Of a DNA stretch of 64,000 nt, positions 55,156 through 64,000 are shown in pieces. Every line of letters begins with the position of its first letter. The first letter of the stretch is position 1. The position numbers and the translations under genes were made by a program. Source of the DNA: Eledone cirrhosa. Its lineage: Eukaryota. The stretch is taken from assembly GCA_964016885.1 (NCBI GenBank), contig OZ024741.1, positions 197,532,001 through 197,596,000 on the forward strand, given 5' to 3'. The notes beneath the pieces were generated by a model. It was given only the letters and a program-made list of their open reading frames with translations, did no database searches and was not told the DNA's origin.

Positions 55156-57738
55156 TAATTGTTTCTACTTTAGGCACAAGGCCAGCAATTACCCAGTTCA
55201 TTACTGGTACTTTATTTTATCGACCCCGTAAGGATGAAAGGCAAAGTTAACCTCGGCGGGATTTGAACTCAGATCGTAAAGGGACGTAACTATGCTGGAA
55301 AGCATGGCGTCCGACCCTCTACCGATACTGCCAATCCACCGACCCCAACAAATAAATAATAAGGACAGTTAAAATAGACGCTAGAAATTGCTTGATATAT
55401 ATATATTTCTTATTTGCTTTTTTTCTGAAATCGTAGTGTTCTTTAATACAATACTTATAGCTTTAGAGGGTGAGTGAGCTGTCACGCAATGCAGCCCCTG
55501 CAGCTAATGATGAGCCTTACCCCAAATCTTTGAAACGGATAAGCTCTCATAATCAACACCCCAAGAAAGGCCTCTTTAGACCTGGCCAGTTTTATAAAGT
55601 GGCTACACTCAACTGTAGAATTCTAAGCACTGCATCGTCAAAAGCTGAGCTCAATAAACTCAGGAATTACTACATCTCTGTAACATGCATTCAAGAACAT
55701 CGTTTGTACATTTTCACTCCAACCCAGAAAAGTTGCACTCAATCTTGGGTCTACAACTCTCTTCACTGCATCTGCTGTTCAAAATGACTGTGAGACTTCC
55801 ATCCGAAATATGGACACTTTTCTCGACTCAAAACTACTACCTCTGCTCCTTTCAGTCCCAGAAGATTGACAAGCATATCGTTTCTGTCACATTTATGGGA
55901 AATCCCAAGACAGACTTGCTTGTTACTCTCCGCACACCAGTTTGCCGGATGATGTAATTACTGACTTCTATTCCAAACTAAACAACAGAGTTGAGGACAT
56001 TCTGATCCATTCGATGCTTATCCTCATGAACGCACAAATCGCGAAGGGTTTCTCATTGTATGACACACCCAATTGCAATGGATTTCTCCTTCTCGAATTT
56101 ATCGAACAACATAATCTTATCATCGGGAGTGTCCCCTTCCACAAATCGTTGAACCAATTATGAACATTATCGGGTGCCTTATCGCAAATTGATTTCTGCA
56201 GGTATCGAAAACGATGCCAAGCTTTCTCATCATCTACATCAATTGGGAACGATCACCGCATAATAACAGCAACAATAAAATTCAGTTTGCGACGCCCGAA
56301 ATTTCCAGGAAATTGTTCAAAGCTCTAGTCAACCATATAGATAATTGTTTCTACTTTAGGCACAAGACCAGCAATTACCCAGTGCATTACTGGTACTTTA
56401 TTTTATCGACCCCGTAAGGATGAAAGGCAAAGTTAACCTCGGCGGGATTTGAACTCAGATCGTAAAGGGACGTAACTATGCTGGAAAGCATGGCGTCCGA
56501 CCCTCTACCGATACTGCCAATCCACCGACCCCAACAAATAAATAAATAATAAGGACAGTTAAAATAGACGCTAGAAATTGCTTGATATATATATATTTCT
56601 TATTTGCTTTTTTTCTGAAATCGTAGTGTTCTTTAATACAATACTTATAGCTTTAGAGGGTGAGTGAGCTGTCACGCAATGCAGCCCCTGCAGCTAATGA
56701 TGAGCCTTACCCCAAATCTTTGAAACGGATAAGCTCTCATAATCAACACCCCAAGAAAGGCCTCTTTAGACCTGGCCAGTTTTATAAAGTGGCTACACTC
56801 AACTGTAGAATTCTAAGCACTGCATCGTCAAAAGCTGAGCTCAATAAACTCAGGAATTACTACATCTCTGTAACATGCATTCAAGAACATCGTTTGTACA
56901 TTTTCACTCCAACCCAGAAAAGTTGCACTCAATCTTGGGTCTACAACTCTCTTCACTGCATCTGCTGTTCAAAATGACTGTGAGACTTCCATCCGAAATA
57001 TGGACACTTTTCTCGACTCAAAACTACTACCTCTGCTCCTTTCAGTCCCAGAAGATTGACAAGCATATCGTTTCTGTCACATTTATGGGAAATCCCAAGA
57101 CAGACTTGCTTGTTACTCTCCGCACACCAGTTTGCCGGATGATGTAATTACTGACTTCTATTCCAAACTAAACAACAGAGTTGAGGACATTCTGATCCAT
57201 TCGATGCTTATCCTCATGAACGCACAAATCGCGAAGGGTTTCTCATTGTATGACACACCCAATTGCAATGGATTTCTCCTTCTCGAATTTATCGAACAAC
57301 ATAATCTTATCATCGGGAGTGTCCCCTTCCACAAATCGTTGAACCAATTATGAACATTATCGGGTGCCTTATCGCAAATTGATTTCTGCAGGTATCGAAA
57401 ACGATGCCAAGCTTTCTCATCATCTACATCAATTGGGAACGATCACCGCATAATAACAGCAACAATAAAATTCAGTTTGCGACGCCCGAAATTTCCAGGA
57501 AATTGTTCAAAGCTCTAGTCAACCATATAGATAATTGTTTCTACTTTAGGCACAAGACCAGCAATTACCCAGTGCATTACTGGTACTTTATTTTATCGAC
57601 CCCGTAAGGATGAAAGGCAAAGTCAACCTCGGCGGGATTTGAACTCAGATCGTAAAGGGACGTAACTATGTTGGAAAGCATGGCGTCCGACCCTCTACCG
57701 ATACTGCCAATCCACCGCCCTACTGCCAATCCACCGCC
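55156..57738. repeat. Near-identical 1.19-kb tandem duplication bounded by three minus-strand SINEs (55156, 56342, 57532)
   Basis: Identical ORFs offset by 1190 bp (55470/56660, 55942/57132). Confidence 0.95.
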
Positions 57739-58360
57739 CATATAGATAATACCATCTCTTCACATTTCGACAATTTCCCTGCAGCTGACCAGAACTATTC
57801 ATCATTTGTGAGTATTGCAACGATAACTGCTGCAGAATTCTTGCTTCCAAAGCCTCACGCTCCTTTAAAAATTGTGGACATTAACACTGTTGTTTCTGCG
57901 CATCGACACAGAATATTAAAAAGCCTCAACATAACCTGCGTAAAGCGTTCGACCGTTATAAAGGCAATCGCATCAACGCCATACTTTGCTCATTTGAGGC
58001 TCCAGCAGCAACATCTGTCATAAAAAGTGCTTGGAACCTTGTTAAGAAACTTTCCGGGAGGAAATCTCGCAGTATAATTTTCAAGAGGGTAAGGACCGAC
58101 TAAAACTTGGGATAATCACTTCAAAAACTTGTTGAACGCTGATTCAGATACTCAGCCCGATGGCGAACCAGTTGGGAAAATCTTTGATTTCTTCACTGCA
58201 ATAAAGCAAAGTGAATTAACATTGCAGAAGTAGACACTGCAGTTCGTCAGTTAAAAACAAGAAAAGCAGCAGGCCTTGATGGCTTCCATCCAGAGTTTTG
58301 GAAACTGAAGAGGGTGCGGAGGAGCCCCCTGAAGTTCTGTAATAAAACTTGTCACAGAAA
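55560..58360 (+). mobile_element. Degenerate RTE-like LINE (APE domain duplicated, then tether and RT start)
   Basis: KVATLNCRIL..VTCIQEHR, DFYSKLN..MNAQI..NCNGFLLLEFIEQHNLII, RQLKTRKAAGLDGFHPEFWKL. Confidence 0.78.
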
Positions 58361-58364
58361 CCAC

Positions 58365-58890
58365 CGAAGGAGTGTGGAATCACTTGTCTAACGCTAATAT
58401 GCAGCCTCGACCACGACCTACCGAAAAACCTTTCTTCTTCTCTGCTTCAGCTATCACCCCCACCAAACTCCACAAACTAAGTTCCCTCCTTCCCCTACTC
58501 ACACGCCTTACTTCCCATTCCAGCCACACCCTACTTAATCTCTTTTACACCACCTGCCCACGCACCCAACCACCCCACCAACACATACCCACCCATGGTA
58601 CACCAGCAGCTTCGAACTACCCAGACTGCTTCCTGGTCCTGAGCCGACGACCATCTGACTGGACGCCAGCACCTGGACAGTTCAGCAACCTGGGTGCTTT
58701 CGTTGATGTCTACCATAGCGTCACGAACCGGTTCAAATTCCTAAAACGCTCTATATGAAGCAACTTCTCTCGGCCGCTCTCCGTTCCCTCCGAAACCGCG
58801 ACGACATCGTCATGAAACCGGTAGAAAAGGGCGCCGCTGTGGTGGTGTGGCGTGCCGACCTCTACATGATGGAGGCTCTACGACAGCTTC
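58365..58890 (+). mobile_element. Penelope-like element N-terminal fragment (different clade from 43301-47419)
   Basis: AALRSLRNRDDIVMKPVEKGAAVVVWRADLYMMEALRQL matches the PLE 'IVIKPADKG..VVV..Y..E..RQL' motif. Confidence 0.75.
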
Positions 58891-58972
58891 GTAACCCACT
58901 CGATCATATGGACCCTTGTATTTATTTTTATCGATTTATACCTATTATTCTTAACCTTTTATTCAAGTTTTA

Positions 58973-59047
58973 AACTCGATAAAAGTTTAGAACTTGATAA
59001 AAGTTTAGAACTTGATAAAAGTTTTTAACTTGATAAAAGTTTAGAAC
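58973..59047 (+). repeat. 18-bp minisatellite x4 (AACTTGATAAAAGTTTAG)
   Basis: Read directly. Confidence 0.9.
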
Positions 59048-59049
59048 CC

Positions 59050-62000
59050 ACCTAATACAACAAGAAGAAAACAGCAACAAAATCACCCCTTCCCCCCAAA
59101 AGTACACAGCCATAAACATGGCAAATAAAGAATCATACAACATATAAAAAAAAACGACTACACCCCTCCAACACCAAGAACTCTCCCGACAAACATAAGC
59201 ATCATTGAAATCAATATAGAACATTACAAACTTTTAAAACAAAAATTCCCCAACGCAGTTGGAGACTTCAGAGGGTCGGTTACCAAGAGGATATACACTA
59301 ACATCCTCTTGGAAACACCCATGACCAGCCAAACGGACGGTTCTACTGTCCCTTCACCACACAATCAAGGTAAGTGACCCTTTCTCACTTGCCCCGTTTC
59401 TCATCCAGAATGGCCGTACTTAGAATAGGCAGTATAAATGTACGTGGCCTGGGGTCATCTTGAATGCAGGGTCACCTGCTCAACGACCTCAGGTCACTAA
59501 ACATAGATGTGGTGGCCATCAGCGAGACCAGAATATCCGAAGCACGAGCCTTCGCACCGATCTTCGGCGACTACGATGTATACGCATCTCCCGGCCGTCC
59601 AGGATCGGGGGCAGGTGTTGTCGACTTTTTGAGAGAGGCTTGGATCTCGCCATACGGGCCATCTTCTTGGACCCAGAAGGCAAGTCGGTGGTGCTGGACG
59701 GTACCGGCAGCGAAGGCAATGCTTTCAGGCTAGTAGCCATCTACGCCCCCAACTGGAGCAGGACGGCCAGATTTCTTTAGACGTCTAGAGACCTTTCTTG
59801 GAACGTCCCGCTCTTTAGTGTTAGTGGGAGACTGGAACGGTATCTTGGATGCACGCTGGGATTGTGTGGGGCTTTTGGATAGGGGAGGAGAGTGCAAGAG
59901 CCTCACCAACCTGCTCAGACGTTTTGAACTGTCTAACAGGTATCGACTGGATCACCCGAATGTGCCAATGTGGACATGGACAAACCGTATCGGGTCATCC
60001 AGATCGTATCTCGATAAGGTATTCTGCAGAGAACTAGATAAGGCTAATATAAGTTGTCCACAATTTAAAATAGTCGATCACACAGACCACAAATTTGTGA
60101 TCTGTGAAATCGACATAGACAGACTTCAACCGACAAGGACCCGGTTACTGGAAGCTGAACGCGTCTTTCCCGGCGCGCAAAGCCTACAGAGACTGGATTA
60201 GCGTATTAGTTAAGCGGGCGTTGACGGGAGCGGTCGTCAACAACAGGTGGTGGTTTACCCTGAAAAGGGCAATTAAAGTAGAGTCGATTAGGTTTAGCAA
60301 AGGACTAGTGATAGAGGAAAATAGAGTAGAGGGAGAGCTAGTCAGAAAGCTAGAAGAGGCGTTTAGGATAGGCATCGCAACCGACGTTCTGCATCGAGAT
60401 TGGCACTCGACCGATTCTTCAACGCAAAACACGAAGGCTGCGTTGTCAGAGCTAGAGAGCGTGCTCTGAAATACGAGGGGACGTGCTCTGAAATACGTTC
60501 AATGGGCCCGGGTGGCAGAGGCGCGACGTGACAACAAAGCCACAATTCGGTCTTCGTCTGACCAAAACGGGCGTGTGTTGCTCGAACCCGAGCAGATGTG
60601 TGAGGCTTTTCAGCAGCACTTTTCTGAACTGTTAGGGAGCAGCGGCGGGCCGGATCTGTGTATGGACTTCAGTGCATACCACGACGGACTGCCTCGGCTC
60701 TCAGCGACCGCAAAACAGTGTTGCGAAAAGACAATAGCAGCCGGTGAAATACGGGAAGCGATGGCTAACTGTACGAGGGGTATATCGCCAGGTTTGGATG
60801 GTCTGCCCTACGAGCTTTATGCATTTATGCCAGACTTGTTCGATGACCTCTTGGCAGACGTCTACTGCAAATGACAGCAAAACTGGAGCATTCCCAGTTT
60901 TGTGAGACGGGGAGCGGTGGTGCTGCTGAGAAAAGACCCGAACAAGGGGATGTTATCAATAACTTCAGGCCCATAACCCTGCTAAACGCAGAGTTCAAAA
61001 TTTTGTCCAAAGTTAGTTAGCAACGAGGTTGGAGTTTATCGTCGAGGATCTGGTGGGAGAGGCGTAGGCATGCGCCATTCCGGATAGATCCATACACGAC
61101 AACCTCCACCTCATGCGATACATCATAGAGAGGGTGGTAAGGGAACCTGGCACGGGTGGGGCCCTGATCAACTTGGATCAATCCAAAGCATTCGACAGGG
61201 TTGACCGTCGGTACCTGGCGGCGATCCTCGATGCAGCCTGTTTTGGGCCCGTTTTCAGGGGTTGGATTGCTGTGATGTACAGCGACACCTCCTCAGTTTT
61301 GAGGGTGGACAGTCACCTGTCGCAGCCGTTCAGCATCATGCGTTCGGTCCGTCAGGGTTGTTCCCTCTCGTCTCTCTTGTACGTATTGGCTCTCGAGCCG
61401 TTACTGCACAAACTGGGGGCGATCCCATGGTCAGACGATATATCTGCTGTCAACACTCGTTGCGTGGAGGACTGGGCATGCCATGGCTGATGATGCGCAA
61501 ACATGCGCTGAGGCTGCGACATCTCTGGTGCTTCCTTGACGGTGAACAGGTGTGGTCGCCGTTCGCCAGGCACGTTTTCCCACAGCTCGTCTCCTTGACG
61601 GAGCTGCAGTGGCGGGTCAGGAAAAGACCGAGGGATAGTACTTGGTAACTGGAATGTCTCCAGGCGCTCACCGCCCTCTGCCAACTGGGCACCAGTATCG
61701 GTGGAACATCCACCTCGGCGTTCTATAAAGGACTAATGTAGGGAAGAGCGACGACATTCTCGGAGAGATCCTGGGCGTCGAAGAATATCAGCTGTTTGCT
61801 CTCTTGCGGAGAACTTTCAGCTCAGGGCCTAATGGATAACTTTCAAAAATCCCTGGCCTGGGAGTGCTACCAGAGAGCGTTGCCGGTTCGATATAAGCTC
61901 TACAGGCACGGAAGTGCCGTCAGCCGATCCTGTCTGAGACGCGCGCAGAGCGACGAAACCGTCGTGCACGCACTCGTTCAGTGCCCGGGCATTGCTGACT

Positions 62001-62668
62001 TGTGGAGATATGTCGAATAGTTGCTGTCGCGTGTAGGACTGATCCGGTTATCGACTGAGTTCATTGTGCAGATGGTCTCGCCGTCTTCCTTCGAGGAGGA
62101 AGGGCAGGTGGTTTTCATCTGTCTGGTGGCCAGGGCGAAAGAGATTGTTTGCTGGACAAGGTTGAAAGGGTTAAAGACAGACACTTTCCTCTTTGGCGAA
62201 TCCCTAATTAACATTTTCAAGTTTCCCTTGAAGAGGAAAATCAGGGTGGAGAGGCAAGTGCTGCCTTCTAGCAAGTTTGTTGAAAGGTGGGTGAATGTAG
62301 CGAGAATAGTCCTAGTGAACGGCACCGCTCTGAATATACGCCTGTAGTTTGAGAAATGGAAACATTAAGAGAGGGCACTTGTCCTTGTGGTCAGGGTGGC
62401 GGTGGTATTTTGTGTGGTTTTCGCCACGAGTAACCCTCGGAGGTTTTCCCCCCTATTGGGGAATTTTTCATTGTTTGAATTTTCATCTTTATTGTTTCTA
62501 TATATATATATATGTTTCTATGTCTTTTTTCTTTTTCTTTTCTTATATAAATAATAAAAATCTTTACACGCACAAAACCCACATCGTACCGTCCTGTACT
62601 GTCCTGTGCCGTCTGTAATGTTTTTCTTGATGTCAGTCCTTGTGGCCAATAAAGAAATCATTATTATC
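59050..62668 (+). mobile_element. Tx1/L1-clade LINE, ORF2 (APE-RT-Zn finger) from ~59410 to 62347, multiply frameshifted
   Basis: LRIGSINVRGL, AISET, VGDWN, SYLDK, TDHK, SPGLDGLPYELY, LDQSKAFDRV, VRQGCSLSSLLY, ETVVHALVQC; internal deletion at ~61420; 3' UTR ends CCTTGTGGCCAATAAAGAAATCATTATTAT. Confidence 0.92.
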
Positions 62669-63230
62669 CTAGTTGTATGTATTCTATTGATAACGTGTTA
62701 GTTTTTGTTTATAAACGCTCGTTGAGAGCTTTTATTTAAGGCTGTGATAGTTTCTTTGTTCACACCCTAAATTTACTCGTCAACAATCCAATCAATTTGA
62801 CCTTCCCCATTTAAGAAAAGTCACGTGATGACAAATTTACAACTTCGGTAGAATGTCTCACTGACTCCAGACCGAACAACGTTGGATAATACGGGACGAA
62901 ACCCTGCCGACGAAGGAACATTCCAGTTCCATTGTGAAAATGCATATGTGACTTGTCTATACATTATGCAACTCGTGGTGCATCTTCCCGTGGTGCATTT
63001 TCTATCGATTCTTGTCTACTCGAGATGGTCCAGGTTAGTCTTCGACCAGTTTGTATTTATCGTTGTTGTTGTAAAAATATGACAACATGCACTTGGTGTC
63101 ACACTTTCTTAACTTTGTGTTTACCCTGAACGAAAATGTATTAACCTTTCGCACCATTGAGTGATTTGTGACCGCCTCAAATAACTCGATTGGTATCTGC
63201 TATATTGCGGCTACAACTTCGATTTATACC

Positions 63231-63266
<36 letters not shown>

Positions 63267-63319
63267 TGGAATAGAATGAAACGAAATTTCATTTCTCACT
63301 CTTACATATATATATATAC

Positions 63320-63377
<58 letters not shown>

Positions 63378-63383
63378 ATATAT

Positions 63384-64000
63384 AAGTAGAAGGGGTATTT
63401 AATTTGTTGGAAATCCGACAAATATAAATATAAATGTTTATAACTGATTTAGAGCACTCAACAAATAACCAAAATAGCAGTAATAATTCTAGCAATATCC
63501 AACCTAATAGTACCGTTCCGAGCAACAACAACTCCGCAAAATGTAACTAGAATTAAATCAAATTGTCCTTTACAAAATAAGTGTTTAGATAAAAATGTGG
63601 TCTATAAATGCACAGTTAAAACTAGTGATAATATATTTAACTATGTCGGTGCCACTTCTACAGAATTTAAAATTCGCTGGAATAACCACATTTTTTCTTT
63701 CCAAAGATTTGATAAAAAATCTTCAACTTCTCTTTCAAACCTGATATGGAACTTAAAATGCAAGAATATAGACTATTCATTAGCTTGGGAAACAGTTTCA
63801 CGAGCACCCGCGTACCGGAACACAGCTCTATCTAGATTCTGCAAATTGTGTATTGAAGAAATTTTTTATATACTTAACTGTAAAAACTCAATTAATCTAA
63901 GAACGAATTTATTTAATTCCTGTAGACATCGCCAGAATTCAACATTCAATTTCTTAAATAATTACTTATCTCTTAAAAAATTATTTTTTTTAAAAGATTT
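63384..64000 (+). mobile_element. Second Naiad-type PLE: 5'-truncated GIY-YIG domain preceded by a probable inverted pLTR end
   Basis: From ~63550, not in the ORF track: IKSNCPLQNKCLDKNVVYKCTVKTSDNIFNYVGATSTEFKIRWNNH..LIWNLK..CKLCIEE..NSCRH; 63384-63500 carries GTTGAGTGCT on minus next to (TA)n. Confidence 0.85.

Overview
Eukaryotic, AT-rich, microsatellite-saturated animal DNA. The dominant tRNA-derived SINE and the repeat landscape point to an octopod cephalopod (inference). The only host gene sequence I can support is one coding exon of a THIK-type (KCNK12/13-like) two-pore K+ channel at 16154-16493 (+). I found no next exon, so the remaining ~47.5 kb is probably one intron. The rest is transposon debris: a maT/DD37D mariner, RTE, CRE, Tx1, CR1 and R4-like LINEs, about 20 SINE copies, and a near-complete Penelope-like (Naiad-type) element with two pLTRs. 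The most striking signal is not in the ORF track. About 23 minimal type-I hammerhead ribozyme (HHR) motifs plus several half-motifs, from at least 10 dissimilar small non-coding element families, sit in (TA)n tracts between 17 and 55 kb. Many form fold-back palindromes whose turning point lies in a ribozyme helix. They show compensatory stem changes and unusual cores (UUGAUAA, CCGANGA), and share an AATAAA and a GAGYRC(T) motif. All of this was read by eye, so coordinates are approximate to a few bases. Most short ORFs in the track are microsatellite artefacts.
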